A DNA stretch of 64,000 bases from Myxococcota bacterium (GTDB lineage Bacteria > Myxococcota_A > Polyangia > Nannocystales > Nannocystaceae), in contig JBCCHT010000007.1 of assembly GCA_039028615.1 (NCBI GenBank), positions 128,001-192,000 of the forward strand, written 5' to 3'. A program made the translations under genes and the position numbers. Positions 27,716 through 39,118 of this stretch are shown piece by piece; within the stretch, counting starts at the first letter, position 1, and each line of letters begins with the position of its first letter. The notes under the pieces were generated by a model that saw only the letters and a program-made list of their open reading frames with translations, searched no databases and was not told the DNA's origin.

Positions 27716-29749
27716 TCAGGGCGCGGACTCGATCTGCAGGACCCGATAGAGCGTCTCGACCAGCACCTTGGAGGCGATGGGCTTGGTCAGCACCGCGTCG
27801 GCCGAGGCGACCCGCTCGGGATCTTCGACGAAGCCGGACAGCACGACCACGGGCAGCGAGGGGCGCGACTGGCGAAGGTGCTCCAAGACCCGCTCGCCCG
27901 AGATCCCCGGCATGGACAGGTCGAGCAGGACCGCCTGATAGGGCGTGGTCGCGTCCTCGACCCGGCGCAGGCCCACGGTGCCGTCCTCGGCCTCGTCGAC
28001 CTCGAAGCCGCGTCGCTTCAGCACCATGCGCAACGCGCTGCGAACGAGGGGCTCGTCGTCGATGATCAGCAGGCGCCCGTGGGTGTTCTTGCGGGTGATG
28101 GGGGCCGCCGGCTTCGGCTGCGGCGGCTTGGCGTCCCCGTAGTCGAGCACGGGTAGGACCACGGTGAACTCCGTGCCACGCCCGAGCTCCGACTCGCACT
28201 CGATCTGCCCGCCCAGGTTGCGAATGGTGGCGTAGGCGGTGGCCAGCCCCAGGCCCGTGCCCTCGTTGGGGGCCTTGGTGGTGAAGAAGGGCTCGCCCAG
28301 GCGCTGCAGGGCGGCGTCGTCCATGCCACAGCCGTCGTCGCGAATCTTGATGCGGACCGTGGAGGGCTCGGCGCTGCGATCGACCTCGAGTACCAAGTTG
28401 ACCGTGCCGCCATCGATGCCCGCCAGCGCATCGCGAGCGTTGATGCACAGGTTGAGCAGCACCTGGCGCACGGAGGCGATGTGGCCCATGACCCGCACGC
28501 ACTCCACGGTGACCGACTCGGCCACGGCGACGCGGCCCTGGAAGATCCGTCCGCACAGCTCGGTGACATCGTGGATCATGGGCACGAGGTCGACCGGCTC
28601 TTGGCGATCGGTGGCGCCGCCGCGGGCGATGACCATCAGCTGCTTGACCAGCGAGGCGGCCGAAAACGAGGTCTGCAGCGACTCGCGGAGCGGGCCCTGG
28701 AGAGTCTCGGGCGCGACGGTCAGGCACTCCTCGAGGTTGGGTACGAGCACCGCCAGCGCATTGTTGAAGTTGTGGGCGATGCCGGCCGTGACCGCGCCGA
28801 TAGCCTGCCGCGTCTGCGAGACCCGCACTTGATCGGCGAGGCTGCGCTGCTCGGTCACGTCGAGTACCACGCCGCTCCACAGCGTGCCGTCGGGCATCGA
28901 CTGGGGCACCGCCCGGTTACGGACCCAGCGCCACTCCCCGTCGGCGCCGCGCACCTGCACTTCGCACTCCCACGAGCCGCCCTCTTCGGCCGCCTGCTCG
29001 ATGCCCTCGAGCGCAGTCCTGAGGCCCTCGGGGTGGATGCGCTCGAGCAAGCACGTGGGGTCGTTCATCGCGTCGCGGGGCTCGATGCCACACAGGTCCC
29101 GCAGGTGGGCGCTGATGAAGGGCAAGTCGACCCAGCCGTCGTTGCGGCGCATCGCCTGGTAGAGCACGCCGGGCACGGCCTCGGTGACGCGCTCGAAGGC
29201 GCCGCGGCTGCGCTCGAGGGCGCGAGTGACCTGGCGGAGATCGGCGACGCTCGACTGGAGCTCGGAGGTCCGCTGCTCGACTGCGTCCTCGAGCTCGTCG
29301 CGGATCTGCTGCAACAGGTTCAGGCGCTGGCGCTCGCGAGAGATGTCGCTGAGCGTGACCACCACGTACGCGATGGTGCCCTCGGCATTGACGTGGGGAA
29401 TGGCGTTGGCGAGCAGCCAGTGGCGGGCGCCACCACGCCGCACGCCGAAGACCACGTCGCGCTCGGGCGCTCCGCTCTGCAACACCCGCAGCACGGGGTG
29501 CTCATCGGCGGGAAATGAAGTGCCATCGGCCCGCACCACGTCCCACGCGGGATCGAAGGAGACCACGCCCAGCACCTGGTCCCGCCGCTGCCCGAGCATG
29601 GTCAGGGCCATCTCGTTGGCGTACAGGACCTCGGCCCCGCGTCCCTGCACGATGACCCCGACGTCCAGCCCCTCGAGCAACGCCGGGAGGTCGGACTCCA
29701 GCCACTCGCGCGTCGACGCTTCGTGAGCGCTACTGAGGACCTCGGCCAC
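27716..29749 (-). CDS. PAS-PAS hybrid histidine kinase/receiver
   Basis: Two PAS domains; AGIAHNFNN H-box; EPFFTTK..GTGLGL; C-terminal LIIDDE..LLDLSMP receiver. Confidence 0.9.
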   Translation of the reverse strand: MAEVLSSAHEASTREWLESDLPALLEGLDVGVIVQGRGAEVLYANEMALTMLGQRRDQVLGVVSFDPAWDVVRADGTSFPADEHPVLRVLQSGAPERDVVFGVRRGGARHWLLANAIPHVNAEGTIAYVVVTLSDISRERQRLNLLQQIRDELEDAVEQRTSELQSSVADLRQVTRALERSRGAFERVTEAVPGVLYQAMRRNDGWVDLPFISAHLRDLCGIEPRDAMNDPTCLLERIHPEGLRTALEGIEQAAEEGGSWECEVQVRGADGEWRWVRNRAVPQSMPDGTLWSGVVLDVTEQRSLADQVRVSQTRQAIGAVTAGIAHNFNNALAVLVPNLEECLTVAPETLQGPLRESLQTSFSAASLVKQLMVIARGGATDRQEPVDLVPMIHDVTELCGRIFQGRVAVAESVTVECVRVMGHIASVRQVLLNLCINARDALAGIDGGTVNLVLEVDRSAEPSTVRIKIRDDGCGMDDAALQRLGEPFFTTKAPNEGTGLGLATAYATIRNLGGQIECESELGRGTEFTVVLPVLDYGDAKPPQPKPAAPITRKNTHGRLLIIDDEPLVRSALRMVLKRRGFEVDEAEDGTVGLRRVEDATTPYQAVLLDLSMPGISGERVLEHLRQSRPSLPVVVLSGFVEDPERVASADAVLTKPIASKVLVETLYRVLQIESAP

Positions 29750-29793
29750 CGATCAGGAATTGTTCGGTAACCGAGACCAAAAGTCGAGCCCCG

Positions 29794-32700
29794 TCACATG
29801 TTGCGGCGGTACTGACCGCCCACTTCGTACAGTGCCTGCGACAGCTGGCCCAAAGTGCAAACCTTGGCGGCTTCCATCAATGACTCGAAAGTGTTGCGAT
29901 GCTCGACGGCGGCCTGTCGTAGGCCATCGAGCGCTGCGGGTGCAGATTCAGCGTTCCGAGCCTTGAACGCGTCTCGCGAGGTGATGGCGTGCTCCTTCTC
30001 CTCGGTGGTCGAACGAATGACCTCACCGGGGATGATCGTGGGGCTTCCCTTGGGGTCCAGGTAAGTGTTCACCCCAACGATGGGCATGGCGCCGCTGTGC
30101 TTGAGCGACTCGTAGTACAGCGACTCTTCCTGGATCTTGGTGCGCTGGTACATCCGCTCCATCGCGCCGAGAACCCCGCCGCGCTCGGAGATCCGACGGA
30201 ACTCCTCGAGCACCGCCTGCTCCACCAGGTCGGTGAGTTCCTCGATGATGAACGAGCCCTGCAGGGGGTTCTCGTTCTTCGCCAGACCCAGCTCGCGGTT
30301 GATGATGAGCTGAATGGCCATGGCTCGCCGCACGCTCTCCTCGGTCGGCGTGGTGATGGCCTCGTCGTAGGCGTTGGTGTGCAGCGAGTTGCAGTTGTCG
30401 TAGATGGCGTAGAGCGCCTGGAGCGTGGTGCGGATGTCGTTGAAGCCGATCTCCTGCGCGTGCAAGCTCCGACCCGAAGTCTGGATGTGGTACTTCAGCT
30501 TCTGCGAGCGCTCGTTGGCGCCGTACTTGCGCTTCATCGCCTTGGCCCAGATCCGCCGGGCCACGCGACCGATGACCGAGTACTCGGGGTCGATGCCGTT
30601 GCTGAAGAAGAACGACAGGTTCGGCGCGAAGTCGTCGATCTTCAGGCCGCGCGACAAGTAGTACTCGACGAAGGTGAAGCCGTTGGCCAGCGTGAACGCC
30701 ACCTGGCTGATGGGGTTCGCCCCCGCCTCGGCGATGTGATAGCCGGAGATCGAGACCGAGTAGAAGTTCCGCACCCCGTTCTCGGTGAAGTACTCCTGGA
30801 TGTCGCCCATCATGCGCAGGGCGAACTCGGTGGAGAAGATGCAGGTGTTCTGGGCCTGGTCCTCCTTGAGGATGTCGGCCTGGACGGTGCCGCGGACGCG
30901 GCGAAGGGTATCGGCCTTGATCTTGTCGTAGGTCTCGGCGGGCAGGACCTCGTCGCCGGACACGCCCAGCAGCATGAGCCCGAGGCCGTCGTTGCCCTCG
31001 GGCAGGTCGCCCTGGTAGCGCGGGCGCGGCTGGCCCTTGGCGGCGTAGATGGCCTCGATCTTCTTCTCGACCTCGTCCACGAGGCCTTCGGCGTGGATGT
31101 GCCGCTCGCACTGCTGATCGACGGCCGCGTTCATGAAAAAGCCCAGCAGCATCGGCGCGGGACCGTTGATGGTCATCGACACCGAGGTCTTGGGGTCGGC
31201 CAGGTCGAAGCCCGAGTAGAGCTTCTTGGCGTCGTCGACGTTGGCCACCGAGACGCCCGAGTTGCCGACCTTGCCGTAGATGTCGGGGCGGTGATCGGGG
31301 TCCTCGCCGTAGAGGGTCACCGAGTCGAACGCGGTCGACAGGCGCTTGGCCGGCGTGCCGTGGGAGACGTAGTGGAAGCGTCGGTTGGTGCGCTCGGGGC
31401 CGCCCTCGCCCGCGAACATGCGGGTCGGGTCCTCGCCCTGGCGCTTGAGGGGGAACACGCCCGCGGCGTAGGGGAACTCGCCGGGCACGTTCTCGGTGAG
31501 CACCCACCGCAGCACGTCCCCCCAGTCCTCGTAGCGCGGCAGGCAGACCCGCGGCACCTTGGTGTGCGACAGCGACTCGGTATAGAGGTCCTGCTCGATG
31601 ACCTTGCCGCGTACGTTGAAGCGGTACTTGTCCGCCCGGTAGCGCTTGCGCTTGGCGGGCCAGTCGGCGAGGGCTTGCTTGCAGCCGTGGTCGAGCTGCC
31701 CCTCGAGGAGGTTGTAGCGGGCGACCAGATCGGTGAGGTACTCGGGCTCGCCCTCGATGTGCTGGACCGCTTCGACGACCGCGTCGGAGCCGCTGTCGAC
31801 CAGCTCGACCGACGTGCGCCCCACGTTGGTGCGCAGCAGCTCGATGGTGCCGTGCAGCTGGTACATGGTGCGCGCCACCTTGCACTGCGCGTCGACGAAG
31901 GCGTCGTAGGCGTCGCTGTTCTCGACGATCTCGGCGAGGTAGCGCACCCGCTGCGGCGGGATGACGTAGCGCTTCTCGCTCATGGCCGCGGTGGGCTCGA
32001 AGCCCGAGCGCAGCGTGGCCTTGGTCCGCTCGGCGATGGTGTCGACCAGCTTGCGATACAGGGTGTTGGTGCCCGGATCCCCGAACTGCGAGGCGATGGT
32101 GCCGTAGACCGGCATCTGCTCCTCGGATTCCTCCCAGCGCTGGCGGTTACGCTTGACCTGCTTGCGCACGTCACGGAGCGCATCGAGCGAGCCCCGCTTG
32201 TCGAACTTGTTGATCGCGATGACGTCGGCGAAGTCGAGCATGTCGATCTTCTCGAGCTGCGTGGCCGCGCCGTACTCGGCGGTCATCACGTAGAGCGAGA
32301 CGTCGCTGTGGTCGGCGATCTCCGTGTCGGACTGGCCGATGCCCGAGGTCTCGACGACCACCAGGTCGTAGCCCGCGGCCCGACAGATATCGATGGACTC
32401 GCGGACGTAGCGGGACAGCGCCAGGTTGCTCTGCCGGGTGGCGAGCGAGCGCATATAGACCCGCGAGTTCGAGATGGCGTTCATGCGGATGCGATCGCCC
32501 AGCAGCGCCCCGCCCGTGCGGCGCTTGGAAGGATCGACGGAGATGATGGCGATCGACTCCTCCTCGAAATCGGTGAGGAAACGACGCACGAGCTCGTCGA
32601 CCAGCGAGGACTTGCCCGAGCCACCCGGTCCGGTGATGCCCAGCACGGGGATCGCCTCGGATTTTTCGGGCAGGTGCTTCACGAGGTCGGCGTAGGCATC

Positions 32701-33231
32701 GGGCTGATTTTCCGCCGTGGAGATCAGCTTGCCGATGACCTGAGGGTCACGCTCCTGCAGCGACTTCACCTGCTCGACCGAAGGCGCGGTGGTAGCGAAA
32801 TCGCACTGCCGCAGCAGATCGTCGATCATCCCCTGCAGGCCCATCTGCCGCCCGTCGTCCGGGGAGTAGATCCGCGTGATGCCGTAGTCGTGCAGCTCCT
32901 GGATCTCGGTGGGGAGGATGGTGCCGCCGCCTCCGCCGAAGATCTTCGTCTTGGCGCCCGCCTCCTTCAGGAGGTCGTGCATGTACTTGAAGAACTCGAC
33001 GTGTCCGCCCTGGTACGAGGTGATCGCGATGCCCTGCACGTCCTCTTGGATTGCGCAGCGCACGATCTCCGCGACGGAGCGGTTGTGGCCCAGGTGGATC
33101 ACCTCCGCGCCCGAAGACTGGAGGATCCGTCGCATCACGTTGATGGCGGCGTCGTGACCGTCGAAGAGCGAGGCCGCCGTGACGAGGCGAATGTGATTTT
33201 CGGGGCGATACGGAGTCGGGAGTCCATCCAC
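29794..33231 (-). CDS. icmF: Fused isobutyryl-CoA mutase / MeaI GTPase
   Basis: [20 protein letters not shown]12-binding domain; [13 protein letters not shown]ase; RMFAGEG and [16 protein letters not shown]; terminal GGQYRRNM. Confidence 0.96.
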   Translation of the reverse strand: MDGLPTPYRPENHIRLVTAASLFDGHDAAINVMRRILQSSGAEVIHLGHNRSVAEIVRCAIQEDVQGIAITSYQGGHVEFFKYMHDLLKEAGAKTKIFGGGGGTILPTEIQELHDYGITRIYSPDDGRQMGLQGMIDDLLRQCDFATTAPSVEQVKSLQERDPQVIGKLISTAENQPDAYADLVKHLPEKSEAIPVLGITGPGGSGKSSLVDELVRRFLTDFEEESIAIISVDPSKRRTGGALLGDRIRMNAISNSRVYMRSLATRQSNLALSRYVRESIDICRAAGYDLVVVETSGIGQSDTEIADHSDVSLYVMTAEYGAATQLEKIDMLDFADVIAINKFDKRGSLDALRDVRKQVKRNRQRWEESEEQMPVYGTIASQFGDPGTNTLYRKLVDTIAERTKATLRSGFEPTAAMSEKRYVIPPQRVRYLAEIVENSDAYDAFVDAQCKVARTMYQLHGTIELLRTNVGRTSVELVDSGSDAVVEAVQHIEGEPEYLTDLVARYNLLEGQLDHGCKQALADWPAKRKRYRADKYRFNVRGKVIEQDLYTESLSHTKVPRVCLPRYEDWGDVLRWVLTENVPGEFPYAAGVFPLKRQGEDPTRMFAGEGGPERTNRRFHYVSHGTPAKRLSTAFDSVTLYGEDPDHRPDIYGKVGNSGVSVANVDDAKKLYSGFDLADPKTSVSMTINGPAPMLLGFFMNAAVDQQCERHIHAEGLVDEVEKKIEAIYAAKGQPRPRYQGDLPEGNDGLGLMLLGVSGDEVLPAETYDKIKADTLRRVRGTVQADILKEDQAQNTCIFSTEFALRMMGDIQEYFTENGVRNFYSVSISGYHIAEAGANPISQVAFTLANGFTFVEYYLSRGLKIDDFAPNLSFFFSNGIDPEYSVIGRVARRIWAKAMKRKYGANERSQKLKYHIQTSGRSLHAQEIGFNDIRTTLQALYAIYDNCNSLHTNAYDEAITTPTEESVRRAMAIQLIINRELGLAKNENPLQGSFIIEELTDLVEQAVLEEFRRISERGGVLGAMERMYQRTKIQEESLYYESLKHSGAMPIVGVNTYLDPKGSPTIIPGEVIRSTTEEKEHAITSRDAFKARNAESAPAALDGLRQAAVEHRNTFESLMEAAKVCTLGQLSQALYEVGGQYRRNM

Positions 33232-33419
33232 GGCCTCTCGGGGATACCCCACGGTCCGGGGGGCGTCCACGAGGCGCCACACAGGCGCCGCTTGGGCCCG
33301 GGCGAAGAGGATTTCACGCCTCTGGGCCGCTCCCTGGCCCCATGCATGCCCCGGGGGTGCATGACCGCGCGGTTTTCCGGCCGGCCCCGTCCGGCCTCGG
33401 GCCGCGGCCCCGGCCGCCG

Positions 33420-35672
33420 CTAGCGCTTGACCGTGTAGTCGACGACCAGCATCGTCGCGTCGCCGCCGTCCTCGTCGTCGTAGTGACGCAGGTAGACGTA
33501 GGGCGAGAACGAGTAGCGGTACTGCGAGTACTCATCGTTCGGAGTCTCCGGGTCGTCGAGCAGCGGCGGCGCATCACCGTTGATGGTGGTGCTGGTCTCC
33601 AGCCGGGTCGAGTAGCCGCGGTTGACCCCCACGCTCGCGCCGCCCTCGAACTGGAAGCCCGCCGCGCTGATGCCGGCCGAGGCTTCGAGCGACAGGCCCT
33701 GCATCGAGGAGACCTGCTCCGACTCGGACATCGTCATGCGGAAGTTGGCGCGGGCGACATCGGATGCCCACAGGTCGAGCGTGGGCGGGAAGAGCATGTC
33801 GTCGGCGGCGATGGGGCTGCCGTCGGGCAACATGGGCTCGCCGTCGTAGGTGCTGGGATCGCCGACGTCGTGATGGTGGTTGTCGGCGTAGGGCCCGTAA
33901 CCCAGCGCATCGATGACCGCGTCGTAGCGATGCGACGACCACACCGTGGTGCCGCCGCCCACGGGGACCGCGACCAGGAAGCTCTCGTCGCGAGCCTCGG
34001 GCTCGGCGAGCCCGGCCGGGTCGTCGACGACGTACTCGAAGCCCTCGTAGCAGCCCCAGGCGAGCACCACCGCGCTGGCCTGCGGGCCCTGGACCTTGGG
34101 ATCGGCCTGGGCGAGGAAGCCGGACTCGACGGTGGTCGACTCCGACGTCTCGAATGCAGAGCTGGTGGTGGCCGCGATGGTGGCCTTGACGCTGCCGCCG
34201 CTGCCGAACAGGCCGCCGCTATAGCCGACCGAGCCGTGCACCCCGAAGGAGACCCCGGTGGTGTTGCTCTCGGACATGGTGGTCGCCGTGCCGAAGCCGA
34301 CGATCGAGCCGTCGGGCGAGTAGCGCCGGTCGTAGGGCGGGTAGTTGAGCACCGCGATGGGAGCCACGCGCCCGGTCATGGGCTTGGGCCCGCTGACGAG
34401 CTCGGCCATGGTCGCGTCGCCGTTGGTGTCGGCCAGCGCCAGGCGGATCGGGTAGTTGTCGTTCCCCGAGGGCTGCCAGGGACCACCCACGAACGAGCCG
34501 CCCCCGTTCCAGTCGATGACCTCGAGCTCGGCGTCGTCGGTCAGACCGATGAGCTGCGCCGGGCCGCCGTCCTCGAGCAGGCCCGCCTCGATGTCGATCA
34601 TCTCGTGGTCCCCCGTGCCCCCCGAGCCCAGCGCGATGATGTCCTCGCCGTCGAGCGCATAGGCGGTGAACCAGTCATCGAGCGCATCGAGCACGCCCGC
34701 GTCGTACATGGTGACCACCTCGGCCAGCTCGTCGCCGTCGAAGTCCCCCACCGCCACGCGCCACGCCGCATACTCGGTCTGCACCTGGATCTGAGCCGGC
34801 TCCGCGTAGCCGTGGCTGACCAGGTTGACGATGACCAGCGTGCCGTAGCCCTGCGCGTCGGTCCCGGTGATGACCAGCTCCGCCCGACCGTCGCCGTCGA
34901 CGTCCCCCGCCGCCGCGTCGTAGACGGTGACCCCCGGGATCGAGCCGCTCATGCACTGCGTCGTGGGCACATGGCACGACGTCCAGTTGCCCTCGGCGCT
35001 CACCGCCAGCACGTCGTCGAGGCTGTTGCCGTCGACGTCCCCCGTGGCCAGGGCGACCGGCACCAACCCCATGTCGAGCGTCGTCTCCTGCGTGGGGTGG
35101 ATGACCCGCACCAGGTGCGACTGCTCGTGTGCCACCGCGACCGCGGCCGGCCGCACGCCCATCATGTAGCCCCCCGCGACGTCGACCGGCGTGTTGCTCC
35201 CCACCGCCGTCGTGTCCTCGAGGCTCACCCCGCCCCCGTTCACGTCGAAGCTCCACAGGTGGTGCTGGCCCCCGTTTTGCCAGTAGTCGATCATCACCAC
35301 TTCGCCGTCGTCGACGAGCGGAATGAGCTGCCCCAATGGAGGATCGGCCCCCACCTGCCCCTGGCAGCGCTCGACCTGGCACACCCCGTCCTCGCAGACC
35401 TCCCCCGACAGGCAGTCCGCGGTCGAATCACACGTCACGTCCTCGAGCTCGTCCTCGGCATCGTCCGCGTCCGGGTCGGGCGGGATCTCGCCGCCGTTGT
35501 CCGGCTCGGTGCCTTGGGGTCCGCCATCGTCGACGCCCCCGTCCGCCGCTCCGTCGGGGCCGAGACCAGCTCCGCCTCCCCGGCCATTCGCACCGTTGCA
35601 GCCCAGCGCAAAGGTCAGCGCCAGCAGGGTCAGAGGAGTCGAGCGGAGGAGGGCTTCGGTGGGTGCGGCCAT
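33420..35672 (-). CDS. FG-GAP/VCBS-repeat lipoprotein with C-terminal Ser/Thr-rich beta-hairpin domain
   Basis: Lipobox ALGC; Cys module; [30 protein letters not shown] and ADTNGD repeats. Confidence 0.82.
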   Translation of the reverse strand: MAAPTEALLRSTPLTLLALTFALGCNGANGRGGGAGLGPDGAADGGVDDGGPQGTEPDNGGEIPPDPDADDAEDELEDVTCDSTADCLSGEVCEDGVCQVERCQGQVGADPPLGQLIPLVDDGEVVMIDYWQNGGQHHLWSFDVNGGGVSLEDTTAVGSNTPVDVAGGYMMGVRPAAVAVAHEQSHLVRVIHPTQETTLDMGLVPVALATGDVDGNSLDDVLAVSAEGNWTSCHVPTTQCMSGSIPGVTVYDAAAGDVDGDGRAELVITGTDAQGYGTLVIVNLVSHGYAEPAQIQVQTEYAAWRVAVGDFDGDELAEVVTMYDAGVLDALDDWFTAYALDGEDIIALGSGGTGDHEMIDIEAGLLEDGGPAQLIGLTDDAELEVIDWNGGGSFVGGPWQPSGNDNYPIRLALADTNGDATMAELVSGPKPMTGRVAPIAVLNYPPYDRRYSPDGSIVGFGTATTMSESNTTGVSFGVHGSVGYSGGLFGSGGSVKATIAATTSSAFETSESTTVESGFLAQADPKVQGPQASAVVLAWGCYEGFEYVVDDPAGLAEPEARDESFLVAVPVGGGTTVWSSHRYDAVIDALGYGPYADNHHHDVGDPSTYDGEPMLPDGSPIAADDMLFPPTLDLWASDVARANFRMTMSESEQVSSMQGLSLEASAGISAAGFQFEGGASVGVNRGYSTRLETSTTINGDAPPLLDDPETPNDEYSQYRYSFSPYVYLRHYDDEDGGDATMLVVDYTVKR

Positions 35673-35887
35673 GGGAGAACGTAGGAGGCATACCCACTGA
35701 CGGCGTTTCCATTCATGATGAAACATGAGCGGAGTCACGACTTTGCCCCGGGCACGAAAATGTCCTTGGAGATCAAAGCGTTGGCCGCCGATTTTTGATC
35801 GAAAAAACGTTCGAATGCGGATGAAAGGGCCCTCGCCAGGGACCTCCTCTGGAGTGAAGCGAGCGCGCAAAACGACGCCCCCAACGA

Positions 35888-35926
35888 CGAAGCGGCGAGC
35901 CTCTCGTCGAGGACTCGCCGCCTTCG
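35888..35926 (-). terminator. Hairpin, probable terminator
   Basis: CGAAG-CGGCGAG-CCTC...GAGG-CTCGCCG-CCTTCG stem ~25 nt past the stop at 35952; weak U-tract. Confidence 0.5.
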
Positions 35927-35951
35927 CTGGAGCCAGAAAACGCTGGCTGAT

Positions 35952-36980
35952 TTACGGGCGCTCAGCCGCGCGGGTCGCCGCGTGGGCACCCACCGCCGCT
36001 GCAGCCGGACCACCCCACAGGATGTTGCCGCGGAAGCCCACGTAGAACATGCCGCTGGAGACCACGCGGAACTCCTCGGGGACTTCTTCGCGGGCGAGCG
36101 GGCTGTCGTATTGGCCGCCCAGCACGATGGCTCCGAAGCCGCCGAGGCCGAAGCCGACGTCGGCCGAGAAACCGACCGGGCCGCGCTGCAGACGGAAGCG
36201 CTCCGCTTCGACATCGTTGCCCACGCGGGTGGCGAGCTTGAACGACAGCGCCGAGGTCACCTCGATGTTGGGTGCCCATCGACCGCGGCCGAGCCAGTAG
36301 CGCATGGCCAGGCCGACGTTGCCCCACAGGTCACCGCCGTCGCTGAAGACGACGCCGCCCTTGGGGCCCATGCTCATGCGGGTGAAGCGAGTCTTGCCAA
36401 CGTCCTCGAACAACGCGGGCAGCGAGACCCAGACGTCGTACTGCGCCCGGGCGCTGTTCCAGCGATCGACGTTGCCTTCGCTGACGTCACCCTGCCGTGC
36501 ACGCAAGGCGTAGGCCCCCATCGCTTGCAGCTCGACGCTGTGGCGGCACGTGGGATCGGCAATGAGACAGCGCCAGCGCGCGCCCTCGGGAGCGGGCGGG
36601 GACTCGGGCTCGAGCCCATGGCGGGCACGGAGCTTCTCGAGATCGGCCTCGGTGTAATAGGGAGGGCCGGAGCGCTCGGTGGCCACGCGCAAGGTGCCGG
36701 AGTCGTCGCCCTCGGCAGCGGCCGTCTCGGCCTCGGTGGTGACCGCTTCTTCGACGGGCTCGGGCTCGGGCTCGGGCTCAGGCTCGGCGACGGGCTCGGA
36801 AGGCGCGACCTCGGCCGTCGCCTCTACCGCAGGCTCGGTCGGCGCGGCTTCGGCCACGGGCTCGGCTTCGGGGGTGGCCGGAGCGGGCGCGACCTCGCCG
36901 GGACGCTGGATCTGCGGTGCCTCGCCGGGCGGGGCCCACACGGACGCCAGGGCCAACAACGTGGGGATGGCGATGCTCAC
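35952..36980 (-). CDS. Exported beta-strand-rich hypothetical protein (paralog B)
   Basis: Signal peptide, acidic Pro linker, C-x6-C, amphipathic beta-strands. Confidence 0.7.
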   Translation of the reverse strand: MSIAIPTLLALASVWAPPGEAPQIQRPGEVAPAPATPEAEPVAEAAPTEPAVEATAEVAPSEPVAEPEPEPEPEPVEEAVTTEAETAAAEGDDSGTLRVATERSGPPYYTEADLEKLRARHGLEPESPPAPEGARWRCLIADPTCRHSVELQAMGAYALRARQGDVSEGNVDRWNSARAQYDVWVSLPALFEDVGKTRFTRMSMGPKGGVVFSDGGDLWGNVGLAMRYWLGRGRWAPNIEVTSALSFKLATRVGNDVEAERFRLQRGPVGFSADVGFGLGGFGAIVLGGQYDSPLAREEVPEEFRVVSSGMFYVGFRGNILWGGPAAAAVGAHAATRAAERP

Positions 36981-37765
36981 AGCGCACCTCCCAGGGCCGC
37001 ACCCAGCACGGCGAGTGCGATGAGCGGACCCGCGGCGACGCCGTGGGCTCGGAAGCCGAAGCTCACCCGAGTGTCTTGGTCGAGGAAGTCACCGGAGGCG
37101 AACAACGCCCCCCAGCCTCCCCAGCCGAAGGCGACCTCGGCGTGCGTGCCGATGAGCGGCACCCCGGAGGTCAGCACCGGGCTGCGAACGCCACCGAGGC
37201 TGAAGTCGATGTGCATCGCATGCGGCCGCTGCGAGAGCCAGATCTGGTTGACCAGCGCGAAGCGGGTCGCGGGCGTGCGCTCGGACTCGGCCGAAGCCAG
37301 GCCGTCGTCGCTCGCCTCCACGGCGACCGCCCCGGTGCCCAGCGTCCAGCTGCCCACGATGCCGATGCCCCACGGATGCCACGCGTGACGCTTGAACATC
37401 AGCGGACGCATGACCATGCCGCCGCGGAAGCCGAAGTGCGCGTAGGGCATGTCGGGCCCTTTGTTGCTGGCAGGCGCTCGCATGCCGGCCGCGACCGCAG
37501 CATCGGCGATCAGCGAGACCTTGCAGTGCGAGCCGTCGACGAAACAAAACGCGCCGCTGCCCAGCGAGAGCACGGGAGTTTTGCGCTTGCGCGCGACGGT
37601 GGAATACGACGAGTCGGACGGAGCGTCGGCCTCGAAGAAGGGACCGAAGTCTCCGTCTTCGTCCGCCGCCTTGGCCACGACCTCGTCGTCGTGTACCGCG
37701 TCGGCCGGAGCAGCCTCGGCCTCCGGCGCCATCACGAACAAGAATGAAGCGAGCAGAGGGGTCAC
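36977..37765 (-). CDS. Exported beta-strand-rich hypothetical protein (paralog A)
   Basis: Signal peptide, acidic linker, C-x6-C, beta-strands, hydrophobic C-terminus; GTGA overlap with the next gene. Confidence 0.7.
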   Translation of the reverse strand: MTPLLASFLFVMAPEAEAAPADAVHDDEVVAKAADEDGDFGPFFEADAPSDSSYSTVARKRKTPVLSLGSGAFCFVDGSHCKVSLIADAAVAAGMRAPASNKGPDMPYAHFGFRGGMVMRPLMFKRHAWHPWGIGIVGSWTLGTGAVAVEASDDGLASAESERTPATRFALVNQIWLSQRPHAMHIDFSLGGVRSPVLTSGVPLIGTHAEVAFGWGGWGALFASGDFLDQDTRVSFGFRAHGVAAGPLIALAVLGAALGGAL

Positions 37766-38075
37766 GATGAGCCGTTGGGCGGGGTGTATCGGGGACCAGG
37801 GTACACCCAGGCCCGCAGCTCGACGAAACCGCCAGTCTCGTCGTTGCAGCCGAACGGCTCCGTGTGCGCCCAACGGGGATGGATCATCCCGCTTACGCCT
37901 CACAGGCCAAAAAACGCCGACGCGGAAGGGCCGCCGAGCTCGGCCAAGACACGGACCCCAGCCCCTACGGAGCCCGGAAGCCGCCTTCGAACCGAGGTAG
38001 CTTTATGAGTCTTTGCTCACGATCGCGCTAGGAATGCCGTCCTAGGGCCGATAAAATGACCTGCGCCCCTGCGGC

Positions 38076-39113
38076 GTGGACCGAATGCCACGGCCGTCGA
38101 ACATCACGGCGATGAACCCGCCGCCCCCCGACCAAGGTCTGGACTCCATCTCGCGAGATCACACGGCGATCGCTCCGAGTCCAATAGCGGCGCCCGCCCC
38201 GAAGCGCGGTTCGATTCGCGCGATCTCGACGATCGGGCGCTGGGCTTCGGGCGGGGCCCTGGCCGCCGTCGCTTGCGGTCCCGGCACCGCCGCGCCGACC
38301 CGCGCCGATGGATCGAGCACGGGCGCGGCCATGACCCCGTCGAGTTCGACCGGGAGCGCCGACCCGGCCGCCACCACTGCGACCAGCGTAGACGGGACCG
38401 GCTTGGACGAGACCGACTTCGGTGGGTTCGTCGACGACCCCGACATCGCGGTCGGCTTCGAGTGCGACATCTTCCTTCAGGACTGCCCGTCCGGGCACAA
38501 GTGCATTCCGTACGACGACCGGGGAGGCGGGTACCCGACCACGTGGGGATGCGTGCCGCTCGGACCCGAACCGGTCGACCTGGATGAGCCGTGCTCGTGG
38601 GACGGCGCCCCGTTTGCCAGCAGCGACGACTGCGGGGTCGGAGCGCTGTGCTTCGATCACGAACAGACGGACGATCCCTCGGACGACCGCTGCCTTCCGA
38701 TGTGCGAGCGAGAGGGTCCGAGCGAAGTCAGCTGCCGCGACCCGGAGCTGTTCTGCAACTTCACGGGCAACAGCGCCTGGTTCGTCTGTGCTCGACGCTG
38801 CCATCCGCTGCTCGACGACTGCCCCGCGGCAGAAGTCTGCGCCAACAACCCGAACGGGTTGTTCTGCCAAGACAGCCCTCCCGACCCGGCCGGACTCGGC
38901 GAGCCCTGCGACTCCGTCGCGGGGTGCGAAGTAGGCTCGTACTGCATCGGTCCCGCGGCCACCGTCGACTGCGGCGGAGTCGGGTGCTGCACGCCGTGGT
39001 GCATCATCGGCGACGACACCTGCCCTCCCGACCACACCTGTCAGCCTTACTACACCGATGGGAGCGCGCCGCAGGGGCACGAAGGCCTGGGGGTCTGTGC
39101 GTTGCCGCCCTGA
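38076..39113 (+). CDS. Cys-rich lipoprotein (Nannocystaceae-type; start uncertain)
   Basis: AAVAC lipobox, Ser/Thr linker, ECDIFLQDCPSGHKCIPY and GCCTPWC motifs. Confidence 0.75.
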   Translation: MDRMPRPSNITAMNPPPPDQGLDSISRDHTAIAPSPIAAPAPKRGSIRAISTIGRWASGGALAAVACGPGTAAPTRADGSSTGAAMTPSSSTGSADPAATTATSVDGTGLDETDFGGFVDDPDIAVGFECDIFLQDCPSGHKCIPYDDRGGGYPTTWGCVPLGPEPVDLDEPCSWDGAPFASSDDCGVGALCFDHEQTDDPSDDRCLPMCEREGPSEVSCRDPELFCNFTGNSAWFVCARRCHPLLDDCPAAEVCANNPNGLFCQDSPPDPAGLGEPCDSVAGCEVGSYCIGPAATVDCGGVGCCTPWCIIGDDTCPPDHTCQPYYTDGSAPQGHEGLGVCALPP

Positions 39114-39118
39114 GCCGC

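Noticed and set aside
33235..33415. Possible cobalamin riboswitch upstream of icmF (AGGGAG...AGAGG-CGTGAAAT-CCTCT hairpin on the minus strand)
   Set aside because: Only a loose resemblance; no clear GGGAA, GCCACTG or B12-box elements; an Rfam scan would be needed
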